Shown: positions 9,692 to 18,553 of the stretch, piece by piece
How the letters are laid out: every line of letters begins with the position of its first letter
Numbering within the stretch: the first letter of the stretch is position 1
From: Bacteroidales bacterium
GTDB lineage: Bacteria; Bacteroidota; Bacteroidia; Bacteroidales; P3
Reading direction: 5' to 3'
NCBI GenBank assembly: GCA_017479385.1
Contig: JAFVCE010000024.1
Location: 21,179 to 85,178 of the forward strand
Length of the DNA stretch: 64,000 nt
Notes under the pieces: model-generated
What the model was told of the DNA's origin: nothing
Databases searched by the model: none
The model's input: the letters and a program-made list of their open reading frames with translations, nothing else
Program-made: the position numbers and the translations under genes

Positions 9692-10026
9692 CTAACTTTT
9701 TTTTGATTGGCAAAATTTTTCTGCAAAAAAATATCTAACTATCTGATTCATATGACAATATTTTTCTCGAGAGTTTTATCGCGGCCCCACTTTTCTGTTT
9801 TTTGTGGGTGCTGTTTGGTCCCGTTTTGATTGGTTTTGCACCGTCTGTATTTCTTTTTGTGGGGCAGAATTTGTTTTATCGCAAGTTTTCCATAGGGACC
9901 GAGTGCGGCCGGCCTCACAACCATAATGTTCGGATTATGATTACTGTAGACGCCGATTTTTTGTGATATAAGAATGGTCCAAAATCGCCAAAAATAACGC
10001 ATTTTTGGGCGAAAAATGGCAGTTTT

Positions 10027-10129
10027 GTAACTGCCTGAAAATCAGTAGTCGAGAAATATCATCTCTTACTCATCTCTTACTCTTCTCTTAATCAACTCTT
10101 AGTATGCTCTAACGATTGTAAGAGTTGAT
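10027..10129 (+). repeat. AT-rich diverged member of the dispersed 11-bp-phased repeat family (copy X)
   Basis: It starts with gtaactgcc, as copy B does, followed by 11-nt units atctcttactc atctcttactc ttctcttaatc. It also contains an 11-bp inverted repeat, atcaactctta (10091-10101) with taagagttgat (10119-10129). Confidence 0.55.
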
Positions 10130-10249
10130 ATAGGAATGACTATGTTTTGTATACTTTTTTGATAGTTTTTTGACTGAATGAGTTGTGCGAAATGAGCCCG
10201 CGGTGGGTGGCAAAAGCTTGTTCTTTTTTGAGGGGAGGGGCTTTGGGGG

Positions 10250-10288
10250 ATAAAAAATAAGGCGGCGAACTCGTGCGAGTTCGCCGCC
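10250..10288 (-). terminator. intrinsic terminator of yebC transcript
   Basis: Hairpin ggcggcgaactcg/cgagttcgccgcc (10261-10288). On the minus strand it is followed by ttatttttta. Confidence 0.75.
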
Positions 10289-10400
10289 TCAATGGTCCGG
10301 CTCGTGGCCTGGTGGAGCGTGTTGTTGTGGCCTCAATGGTCCGATTCGTGGCCTGGTGGAGCGTGTTTTTGTGGCCTCAATGGTCCGGCTCGGGGCTCAG
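10287..10400. repeat. 44-bp tandem repeat, about 2.6 copies
   Basis: cctcaatggtccggctcgtggcctggtggagcgtgttgttgtgg (10287-10330) is repeated at 10331-10374 with 3 mismatches. A partial third copy starts at 10375. The repeat lies between the yebC stop and its terminator. Confidence 0.9.
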
Positions 10401-10414
10401 AGTGGGGGTGATGG

Positions 10415-11125
10415 TTAGGCCATATTGTGGAAGACGTTGACCACGTCGTCGTCGTTCTCGAGGCGTTCGATGAGGCCATTGACGTCGTTCTGTTCCTCTT
10501 CGGTAAGTTCGCGCATGGTGAGGGGTATGCGCTCGAACTTAAAGCTCTTGATTTCCAGACCTTTGTCTTCGAGGTATTTGCTTATGGGGCCGTAGTTGGC
10601 GAAGTCGGCGTAGATAAGAATTTCGTCGCCGTCGCGGAACACCTCGTCGATGTCGCAGTCGATGAGTTCGAGCTCCAGTTCGTCCATATCGATACCTTCG
10701 TGCCAGGCCACAACGAACGAGCATTTGCGCTCGAAAAGGAAGTCGTTCATGCCCATGGTGCCGAGTTCGCCTTTGCCGCGGACGAAGGCGGCGCGCAGGT
10801 TGGCTACGGTGCGCGTTGGGTTGTCGGTAGCGGTCTCGACCACGATGGCTACGCCGTGGGGACCTTTGCCGTCGTAGACCACCTCTTTGTAGGCCGAGCG
10901 GTCTTTCTCGGTGGCGCGTTTGATGGCGCGTTCTACGTTGTCTTTTGGCATCGACTCGCTCTTGGCGGTCTGCATAAGGAGTCGGAGACGGAGGTTGCTC
11001 GACGGGTCTGGACCGCCGGCAATGACAGCCAATTCTATTTCTTTGCCAATCTTGGTAAAAGTGCGGGCCATGTGCCCCCAACGTTTCAGTTTTCTTGCCT
11101 TGCGGTATTCAAATGCTCTTCCCAT
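10415..11125 (-). CDS. yebC: YebC/PmpR-family DNA-binding regulator
   Basis: 236 aa, MGRAFEYRKARKLKRWGHMARTFTKIGKEI. Confidence 0.9.
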   Translation of the reverse strand: MGRAFEYRKARKLKRWGHMARTFTKIGKEIELAVIAGGPDPSSNLRLRLLMQTAKSESMPKDNVERAIKRATEKDRSAYKEVVYDGKGPHGVAIVVETATDNPTRTVANLRAAFVRGKGELGTMGMNDFLFERKCSFVVAWHEGIDMDELELELIDCDIDEVFRDGDEILIYADFANYGPISKYLEDKGLEIKSFKFERIPLTMRELTEEEQNDVNGLIERLENDDDVVNVFHNMA

Positions 11126-11359
11126 TTTTTGAAGTAGAATTAAGAACGATGAACTATGAAGTTTTGTTTATTGCGTTTTTGTGGTGTTCTGCTGTTGGTT
11201 ATATTTTTGTTTGAGAGGTTCGGTTTCGGTTTTGATTAGTAGTGTTTTGGTTGCTTTGGTATGTTTGCTCAAAAAAAGGGCTGCCAGACTTTGGGCGAAG
11301 CGGCTGTAGCTGGAGTATTAGTTCTCAGCTTTTGCGTTTCCCTTTCGTGTTGCGCATTT

Positions 11360-13087
11360 TTAGTTCTTGGCTTTTACTTCTTCTTTCAAGAATTCGGTGC
11401 ATTCCTCGAAGGTCTTGAAGGTGTGTTCTTGTGGCACCACCTCGGGTATGAGCTTCATTTTTGTGAGCATATACATGGGTTGGGGCTGGATGATGGTCAT
11501 GAGCACCATGCAACCACGCGTTTGTAGGTCTTTGATGGCCTCCTCCATGGCGTAGAGGCCACTTTGGTCCATGAACGACACGAGCCGCATTCGGATGATG
11601 ACTATCTTGGCGTCGGCTGGTACGTCGGTCATTACCTCCTTGAACTTGTTGATAGTGCCAAAGAAGATGGGGCCGTTGAGTCGTTGAACGTATATTTTGT
11701 GGGCCACAGTGTCGGGCATACTGTGCTCGTCGTCCCACGGGCTTTCTTTGTCGAAGTTGGTCATCTCTTGGCTGCTGTAACCGCCTTCCACGAGGTCTGA
11801 CGCGCGTTTCATGAACAGCACGCAGGCAATGACCATACCGATTCCGACAGCTGTGAGCAGGTCTACAAACACCGTCACGAGCAGCACCACGATGAGCACC
11901 ACGGCGTCGGCGCGCGGAATATTGAGCAGGTCTTTGAAGCCTTTAAAGTCGATTATTCCCCAACCCACGGTGACCAGAATGCCAGCCAACACAGAGAGGG
12001 GTACGTATTTAACCAACGAGCCGAGGCCGAGCAGCACGGCCAGCAGCACCACGGCGTGAAACATACCGCTCAGCTGTGTGCGGCCACCGCTTTTGACGTT
12101 GACCACGGTACGCATTGTTGCGCCTGCGCCAGGCAGTCCGCAGAAGAGGCCTGCCATGGCGTTTCCTATGCCTTGGCCAATGAGTTCGCGGTTGCTGTTG
12201 TGTTTTGTTTTAGTAATATTGTCGGCCACCACCGAGGTGAGCAGCGTGTCGATAGAGCCCAAGCCAGCCAGCGTCAAGCCTGGTATTATGGCGGCCGAGA
12301 GCACGGCTGCCCAGTCCAGTCCTGCCAGGTCTACACCCTCTTTGGCAAAGAAAGGCATGGGTAGCCCCGAGGGTATCTCGCCGATGGTGGGTACCTCGGC
12401 AAGGCCAGGTATGAGCGACACGCCAGTCATGACCAGCAGGGCCACCAACGTGGATGGCACTTTTTTTGTTATGAGTGGGAAGAGGTATATGATGGCCACC
12501 GTGCCCAACCCGAGCAACAGAGCGGTGAGCGAGAGGTGCGTAACGGCTTGTGGCAGACCGGTGAGCAGGTGCAACATCGAGCCGCTACCGCTCTGACCCA
12601 CAAGTGGGTAGAGCTGTTGGATGATGATAATGATGCCAATGCCGCTCATAAAGCCGCTGAGCACGGGATAGGGGATGTAGCGCACGTATTTGCCCAGCTT
12701 TATCAGCCCGAACAGTATCTGGAACAGGCCGCAGAACACCGCTGCCAGCGTCATGCTCACCATCACTTCGGCCAGGTTGCCGCCACTCGAGGCGAAAGCG
12801 CCCGAAACCAGGGCTGCCGTTACCACCGTCATCGGCCCCGTCGGGCCGCTAATTTGGCTCGGCGTACCGCCAAAAAGGGCTGCGAAGAAACCCAGCAGTG
12901 TGGCACCTACCAGTCCGGCGTAGGCGCCCAGCGAGGCTGCCGAGGGGTCGTTAATTCCGCTAAAAGCCTGAATGCCGAAGGCCAGTGCCAGCGGCAAAGC
13001 CACGATTCCGGCGGTGATGCCGCCAAAAAGGTCGCCCTTGAGGTTGTCTGTTCTCAGTAGTTTCATTCCTAAATATCTGTTTTTCAA
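11360..13087 (-). CDS. SulP-family anion transporter with C-terminal STAS domain
   Basis: 575 aa with the N-terminal motif GDLFGGITAGIVALPLALAFG, many TM helices and a STAS-like tail. The start could instead be the internal MKLLRT. Confidence 0.9.
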   Translation of the reverse strand: MKNRYLGMKLLRTDNLKGDLFGGITAGIVALPLALAFGIQAFSGINDPSAASLGAYAGLVGATLLGFFAALFGGTPSQISGPTGPMTVVTAALVSGAFASSGGNLAEVMVSMTLAAVFCGLFQILFGLIKLGKYVRYIPYPVLSGFMSGIGIIIIIQQLYPLVGQSGSGSMLHLLTGLPQAVTHLSLTALLLGLGTVAIIYLFPLITKKVPSTLVALLVMTGVSLIPGLAEVPTIGEIPSGLPMPFFAKEGVDLAGLDWAAVLSAAIIPGLTLAGLGSIDTLLTSVVADNITKTKHNSNRELIGQGIGNAMAGLFCGLPGAGATMRTVVNVKSGGRTQLSGMFHAVVLLAVLLGLGSLVKYVPLSVLAGILVTVGWGIIDFKGFKDLLNIPRADAVVLIVVLLVTVFVDLLTAVGIGMVIACVLFMKRASDLVEGGYSSQEMTNFDKESPWDDEHSMPDTVAHKIYVQRLNGPIFFGTINKFKEVMTDVPADAKIVIIRMRLVSFMDQSGLYAMEEAIKDLQTRGCMVLMTIIQPQPMYMLTKMKLIPEVVPQEHTFKTFEECTEFLKEEVKAKN

Positions 13088-13123
13088 TAATCAATAGGCT
13101 CGGCATATATGTCAGCCATTCTG

Positions 13124-13131
13124 CAAAGTTA
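13124..13131 (-). promoter_or_regulatory. -7 box TAACTTTG upstream of SulP gene
   Basis: Reverse complement of caaagtta. Confidence 0.5.
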
Positions 13132-13161
13132 CGCAAAAAAATTCAAACCGCAGAAAAAATC

Positions 13162-14514
13162 TCACTCTGCAACGTTCGGTGTGGCCTTGGCGTACACGTC
13201 GCGGCGCAGGCGGGCGGCTTGCAGCAGGCCTCGCATTGCGAGGTAGGCCATGAAGGCGACCCACAACACGTTGTTCCACCGCTCGATAGAGAGGCTGTCG
13301 TTGATGAGCAGCACTTTTTTCAAGCCAAAATAGAGGGCGAAGAAAACCGCTGTGGCTACAAACATGGTGTTGCGCATGGTGCGTCCGGCCGTGGCGCCCA
13401 CAAAAATGCCGTCGAACAAAAATGCAGCGAAGCCGCACACCGGTATCACGAGTGTCCAGAACATATAGTCTCCCGCCCCGGCCACTATTGCTGGGTCGTC
13501 GCTAAACAGACGTAGGAAATACTCGCCACCGATGGCGTATAGCGCTGTAAATACAATTGTTAGCAGCAGCCCCCACACCAGCAGCCAGCGCACAGAGAGG
13601 CGCAGTTGGGCTGGTTCGCGAGCCCCGATGTAGCGACCCACGAGGCTCTCGCCAGCATAGGCAAAGCCATCCATGATGTAGCTGAAGAGGGTGAAGAACT
13701 GCAGCAATAGGGCGTCGATAGCCAGAACCTCGTCGCTCATGCGGCCGCTGGCCGCGGTGATGAAGGTGAACACCGAGGCCAAGCAGAGCGTGCGTAAGAA
13801 TATGTCGCCGTTGAGTTTGAAGAAGGCGCGCAACTCGTTCCACCTCATCGATTCGCGCAACAGTTGCCCAAAGTCGTAGTGGCGATTGCGAGCGCGCAGG
13901 GTGCGTCGCACAAAGACCAAGCCTATTGCCAGCCCCGAGTATTGCGCTATGACGGTACCGAGGGCCACGCCGGCTATATCCCAGTGGAATACGAGCACAA
14001 ACAGCAGCGAACACAGTATGTTAACCACATTGAGTATGATAGCAATCCACATGGGTAGGCGCGAGTTTTGCAGGCCGATGAACCACCCTTTGATGGCGTA
14101 GAGTCCCAGGGTGGCCGGCGCAGCCCAGATGCGGACAAAGAAGTAGGTCATAGCCATGCTGAGCACTGCGGGACTGCCATCGAAGATTAGTAGTGCCAGT
14201 CGACTCAATGGCCACTGCAGTAGCAGCAGCGCAGCGGCGATGGAGAGGGCTACTGTGGCGGCGCGAACCAGCAAGCGAGTGGTTTCGTCGAGGTTGCCAG
14301 CGCCATAGGCTTGGGCGGTCATGCCCGAGGTTCCCATGCGCAGAAAGCCGAAGTTCCAGTAGATGAGGTTGAATATAGATGAACCGATGGTTATAGCGCC
14401 GATGTGTGCGGCCGACAGGTGCCCAACAATAGCCATATCGACCATTCCGAGCAGCGGTACGGTGATGTTGGTTATGATGTTGGGCAGTGCGAGCGAAAGT
14501 ATGCGTCGGTTCAA
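13162..14514 (-). CDS. MATE-family efflux transporter
   Basis: 450 aa with ILSLALPNIITNITVPLLGMVD and a 12-TM pattern. The apparent start codon is TTG. Confidence 0.85.
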   Translation of the reverse strand: MNRRILSLALPNIITNITVPLLGMVDMAIVGHLSAAHIGAITIGSSIFNLIYWNFGFLRMGTSGMTAQAYGAGNLDETTRLLVRAATVALSIAAALLLLQWPLSRLALLIFDGSPAVLSMAMTYFFVRIWAAPATLGLYAIKGWFIGLQNSRLPMWIAIILNVVNILCSLLFVLVFHWDIAGVALGTVIAQYSGLAIGLVFVRRTLRARNRHYDFGQLLRESMRWNELRAFFKLNGDIFLRTLCLASVFTFITAASGRMSDEVLAIDALLLQFFTLFSYIMDGFAYAGESLVGRYIGAREPAQLRLSVRWLLVWGLLLTIVFTALYAIGGEYFLRLFSDDPAIVAGAGDYMFWTLVIPVCGFAAFLFDGIFVGATAGRTMRNTMFVATAVFFALYFGLKKVLLINDSLSIERWNNVLWVAFMAYLAMRGLLQAARLRRDVYAKATPNVAE

Positions 14515-14615
14515 ATGTCGGGTTGTTTAGTTGTTAAAAATATTTGGTGTGGAACTTTTCTGAAAATAATAATCGCAGAGATGATATGAAGCAAAGTCGA
14601 TTGTTAATTCTCGAT

Positions 14616-15461
14616 TTACTCGATAGAGCATTGGGCAGCATTGAGAACTTGGCGTGTGTTTGCATTGGTTGCAAAAGCCACAATATGAGCGTTTTGCAGG
14701 TCTTGTATAGACCTCAATACGACCTTAATACGACCTTGATAGGTCTTACCTGCTGGTGCCGAGGTTGTTACGGTGTTGCCCCAAAGGTCGGTTACCACTT
14801 GGCGTAGTATGTGGTTGTGGCGATAGTCGCTTATTGGGGTCGAGTTGGTGAGTTGGGGGTATGCGAGCGAGTCTTCGGTGGTGACGATGGTGATGTTGAG
14901 AGGGTAGTCTACCGCGTCGAGCAATTCGAGGTTGAGGGTGATGTCGGTCGAGTCGCCCTGCTGTGTGGCGTGGCAGTCGAGGGCGACGAGTGGCGTTTGG
15001 GCGTTGGCCGATTCTATGGCTGGCGTCATGCCGCTAATGGCAGGCGAACCGGTAAAGAGGTCCCACTGGCCGTCGTTGTTGGTGCGGTTGAGCATGGCGG
15101 TTGGGCGGAAGCTCACACCGAAGAAGCGAGCCCAAGTCGAGCCGTCGTCGGTGCGAGTGTCGAGTGATGCGCCGAGAGGTTCCTCGTCGGGATGGGTGAT
15201 AGAGACGAGCACGAGTCGGTCGCCGACTTGCTCGTGGGCCAGCTCCAGTGCTTGGTCGGCCACTGGGCAGTTGCTGCAACGTGGCCCTGTGTATTTTTCG
15301 ACCAGGGCTTTGTGGCTGTGGTCGGATAGGGCGGTGCCGTCGGTCCAGCTGATTTGTGGCCCGGCATAGGTGGTGTAGTTGCCGTTGGCGTCGGGCTCGA
15401 TGGTGTCGCACGAGGTGGCCAAGAGGGCTATCATTATTATGGGTAGTGCTATTTTTTTCAT
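14616..15461 (-). CDS. Omp28-related outer-membrane lipoprotein with thioredoxin-like CxxC
   Basis: I place the start at MKKIALPIIMIALLATSC (lipobox, ATG 15461-15459). It has a YTGPRCSNCP CxxC motif. The track ORF extension to 15818 is Arg/Pro-rich antisense of the next gene and I reject it. Confidence 0.8.
   Translation of the reverse strand: MKKIALPIIMIALLATSCDTIEPDANGNYTTYAGPQISWTDGTALSDHSHKALVEKYTGPRCSNCPVADQALELAHEQVGDRLVLVSITHPDEEPLGASLDTRTDDGSTWARFFGVSFRPTAMLNRTNNDGQWDLFTGSPAISGMTPAIESANAQTPLVALDCHATQQGDSTDITLNLELLDAVDYPLNITIVTTEDSLAYPQLTNSTPISDYRHNHILRQVVTDLWGNTVTTSAPAGKTYQGRIKVVLRSIQDLQNAHIVAFATNANTRQVLNAAQCSIE
14710..14745 (+). repeat. three 11-bp units of the dispersed repeat inside the Omp28-like CDS (copy G)
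   Basis: Units gacctcaatac gaccttaatac gaccttgatag gtc. Positions 14710-14728 are 19/19 identical to 24110-24128 of copy A. Confidence 0.8.
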
Positions 15462-15517
15462 GACGGTTGTGATTATTGGTGATGTATGTGTGTTGATGGA
15501 TTGGTTTTTAGCAGGTT

Positions 15518-17182
15518 TTAGAAACTGGTTGTCAGGCTGAAGGTGAGGCCGTTGGTGGCTGGCACTTGGCGACATACGCCACCAATGCAGAGCAGGCCTT
15601 CGCGTTGTTTGCCATAGCCGAGGGTGAGGCGGGTGGCGCCCTGGCTGTAGCCTGCGGCGAGGTTGTAGTAGTTGCCTACGCCGTCGTTGTAGGCATATTG
15701 GTCGGAGGCGGAGATGAACCAGTGGCGGCCGATGTTCCACTCGACGAGGCCCATCACCCAGTCGCCGGCGCGGCGGTCGGCCGAAGCGGCGGTGTAGCGC
15801 GAGTCGCTGCCGAGCCATTCGGCTTCGAAGCGAAGGCGGTTGCGTTTGTTAACTTTCCAAGTGAGGTCGGCAATGGCAATGGCATTGTGGTGCAGGTCGC
15901 CTCCATGGCCTTCGACAATGGGGTTGAACACCTGGTAGGCGACTGTGGCGGTGAGTTTCAGTTTGGGCGAGAGTTTTTTAGCCACCTCGAGCGAGAGGTC
16001 GCCATAGTAGAGGTCGCCCGTGCCGAAGAATGGCGAGGTGTAGCCCTCGGTGCCGCGTTCGCCCACCTGTGTGGTGTCGAGGCCAGTGATGACGGCGCAG
16101 TTGAGGTTGATGTCGGTGCCGTAGTGTCCGCCGAGCGGCGTGCCGGCATCGATGCTATAAATAATGTCGGCTTGGAGGCCCATTTCGCCAGTTGTCTGGG
16201 TGGCGTAGGGGTACATGGAGAGGAATGTGTAGGCGTGCTGGCGATTGATGGCTGGGATGTAGTTTATGTAGAGCATTTGGCCGCTCTGGCTGCGCACCGA
16301 GCGGAAGCTCATGTTGTCTACACGCTTGGCCTGCACTTGGGCGCTGAAGCCGCTTTGGGCATAGCCTGCGCTGAGTGTGAGGGCTTCGCCGTGGCGGTAT
16401 ATGTAGTCGTTGTCGGCACTTGGGTCTTGGCCTTTGCGTGCATACTCGGTTTGGAGCGAGAAGCCGCCGTAGCTCAGGTCGAGTCGGGCTGCGCCGGCAC
16501 CAACGTTGAGCGGCAGGTTAAGTTTGTATTCGGGGTTGGAGGGCTGGTAGATGGTTTCGTCCTCTTCGTATTTGCTCACATAGCCAGCACCGATGGTGAG
16601 GTGTAATGGGCTTTCGGCAAGTGGTTTGACGACGCTGTTGAGGTTGACCTCTGCGTCGAGTCCGCGCACCAGTCCGGCACCATAATCCCAGTAATAGCGC
16701 TGCTTGCCAGCCACGGCTTTGAGGGTTACGCCGTTGACAGGGCGGTAGGTGATGGTAGCGCCGAGGAGGGCGTTGTCGAGTCCGAGGTAGCGGTCTTCGT
16801 AGGCGCGCAAAATCATGCCGCTACCAAACTGCTCGTAGAAGTGGCCAGCGGTGATGCTAAACCGCTGTGTGCTGTAGTTCATAAAGTAATGGGCTATGCC
16901 TTGCCCTTTGTAAAGGTTTTTGGGTTCGAAGCCGAGGAGTGGGTTTTGATAGGCTTCGAAACGCAGACCTGCGCGGAAGTTTCCGTTTTGGTATAAGATG
17001 TCGGCGCGGGTGTTGATTAGTAGGCGCTCCTCTACGTCTTGGGCGCCGATAACGCTGTCGGCGTGCGACATTTGGATGTCGGTCTGGAATGCTCCAGTTA
17101 CGTGGCCTCCAGCAATGCCTTGGGCCGAGGCCGAAAGGCCTATTGCGCTGAGGATTAACAATATGGGTAATGCTTTTCTCAT
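15518..17182 (-). CDS. DUF6029-like outer-membrane beta-barrel protein
   Basis: 554 aa with a signal peptide (ILSAIGLSASAQ), alternating beta-strand-like sequence and a C-terminal ...LTTSF aromatic end typical of OMPs. Confidence 0.8.
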   Translation of the reverse strand: MRKALPILLILSAIGLSASAQGIAGGHVTGAFQTDIQMSHADSVIGAQDVEERLLINTRADILYQNGNFRAGLRFEAYQNPLLGFEPKNLYKGQGIAHYFMNYSTQRFSITAGHFYEQFGSGMILRAYEDRYLGLDNALLGATITYRPVNGVTLKAVAGKQRYYWDYGAGLVRGLDAEVNLNSVVKPLAESPLHLTIGAGYVSKYEEDETIYQPSNPEYKLNLPLNVGAGAARLDLSYGGFSLQTEYARKGQDPSADNDYIYRHGEALTLSAGYAQSGFSAQVQAKRVDNMSFRSVRSQSGQMLYINYIPAINRQHAYTFLSMYPYATQTTGEMGLQADIIYSIDAGTPLGGHYGTDINLNCAVITGLDTTQVGERGTEGYTSPFFGTGDLYYGDLSLEVAKKLSPKLKLTATVAYQVFNPIVEGHGGDLHHNAIAIADLTWKVNKRNRLRFEAEWLGSDSRYTAASADRRAGDWVMGLVEWNIGRHWFISASDQYAYNDGVGNYYNLAAGYSQGATRLTLGYGKQREGLLCIGGVCRQVPATNGLTFSLTTSF

Positions 17183-17292
17183 GGTGGCGGTTCTCTTTTT
17201 TATATTCTTTAATAATGATAACGCAAAAGGGCTACCGTTATTGTGCGGTCTCCCAATAAAAAAATTGCAAGGCTAAAAGAGCTGCCGCAGAG

Positions 17293-17793
17293 TTAGTCCT
17301 GCAGCAACTCTCTCACTTTTTCTATCAGGTCCTCTTCGTCGCCTTCGACGTAAGAGGTATGCTGGTAAACTATTTCGCCTTTGCCGTTGATGATAAATGT
17401 GTGAGGAATGTCGCCCACGTTCATGGCGCGCTTGAGGTCTTGGTTGGGGTCGAGGTAAATCTCGTAGGGCCATTTTTTGCCTTCGGCATGGGGTTTGACG
17501 CGGTTGGTGCTGCGGGCGTCGTCGATAGAGATGGCCACTATCTTCACACCAGTCTCTTCTTGCCACTCGGGATAGACGTCCTTCATGGTGTTGAGCTCGA
17601 GGTTGCAGGGCTTGCACCATGTGGCCCAGAAACTTATGATAATGGGGCGTCCATCGTTTTGAATTACCGACGTGGTGACGGTTTGGCCGTCGAGGGTTTT
17701 GATGTTTATGTTGTCGGGGAATTTTGCGTTTTGGGCGCAGACAGAGACCATTGCCGCGATGGCGAAGAGGGCTGTGATGATGGATTTTTTCAT
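17293..17793 (-). CDS. TlpA-family periplasmic thiol:disulfide oxidoreductase
   Basis: 166 aa with a signal peptide and a FWATWCKPC CxxC motif. Confidence 0.9.
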   Translation of the reverse strand: MKKSIITALFAIAAMVSVCAQNAKFPDNINIKTLDGQTVTTSVIQNDGRPIIISFWATWCKPCNLELNTMKDVYPEWQEETGVKIVAISIDDARSTNRVKPHAEGKKWPYEIYLDPNQDLKRAMNVGDIPHTFIINGKGEIVYQHTSYVEGDEEDLIEKVRELLQD

Positions 17794-17812
17794 GGTTGTT
17801 GTGTTTTTAATG

Positions 17813-18553
17813 TTATTTATTAATTAATTTGTTCGTCATAGAGCGCAATTCTTGCACAAAAGGGCTACTTTTTATTTTGTCGAGTTCGGCGATGGCGAGG
17901 CTGACTTCGGTGTCGAGCATTTCGGCGGTGAAAGGAGTGGCCTCGTTGTCGTCAATGTCGTCGCGCAGTTGGAACGCCATACCGTAGTGCAGTCCGAAAG
18001 TTTCGAGTGTGGGGTTACCGTAGTAGCAGCATGTAGCCATGAGCGAGGCTGTTTTACAGCGAGTAATGGTGGCGTAGGTGTCGCGGTTTGGGGCAGAGTT
18101 TTGGCATTGCATTTGTATCAATTCGCCTCGAGTCATGTCGGCCACCGTCTCGGCCATCTTGCGCGTGGCTTGGCGGTCGCCTACTTCTTCCATCAGCAGC
18201 ATGATTTGTGCCAAGAAGAAGTCGCCTGCCAAAATGGCAGTACGGTTGCCCCATTGGCTGTTGGCGCTGGGTTGTCCGCGTCGGTATGGTGAGTCGTCAA
18301 CCACGTCGTCGTGCAATAGCGAGGCGTTGTGTAGCATTTCGGTGGCAGTGGCAAGTAGAATTGTGCGAGGCGCTGCGATGTCGGCCTCGTTTGCCGTGGC
18401 AGTGGCCAGCAAAACCAGCTTGGGCCTCAGCATTTTGCCGTGCAACTCGGCAAGGTGGTGTCCCACCTGCTGCAGCAGGGCCGTAGGGTCGTTGTCCACA
18501 CGCCGACCATATTCCTTTGTAACTGTCTCCAACGCTTGTTCGAATGTTGTCAC
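17813..18553 (-). CDS. polyprenyl synthetase-family protein, short form
   Basis: 246 aa with both Asp-rich motifs (LLHDDVVDD, FQLRDDIDD). Only about 40 aa follow the second motif. Confidence 0.75.
   Translation of the reverse strand: MTTFEQALETVTKEYGRRVDNDPTALLQQVGHHLAELHGKMLRPKLVLLATATANEADIAAPRTILLATATEMLHNASLLHDDVVDDSPYRRGQPSANSQWGNRTAILAGDFFLAQIMLLMEEVGDRQATRKMAETVADMTRGELIQMQCQNSAPNRDTYATITRCKTASLMATCCYYGNPTLETFGLHYGMAFQLRDDIDDNEATPFTAEMLDTEVSLAIAELDKIKSSPFVQELRSMTNKLINK

Noticed and set aside
9748-10002. 84-aa ORF on the minus strand in the AT-rich island
   Set aside because: The sequence is K/R/N-rich with no motif. It begins upstream of the only promoter-like box in the island. I treat it as non-coding pending evidence.
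10287-10400. Possible CRISPR array
   Set aside because: The 44-bp units are directly adjacent with no unique spacers. There are only about 2.6 copies and no cas genes in the window. It is a plain tandem repeat.
14616-15818. 400-aa version of the Omp28-like ORF
   Set aside because: The first 119 codons are Arg/Pro-rich and overlap the 3' end of the DUF6029 gene. A clean lipoprotein signal peptide starts at 15461.
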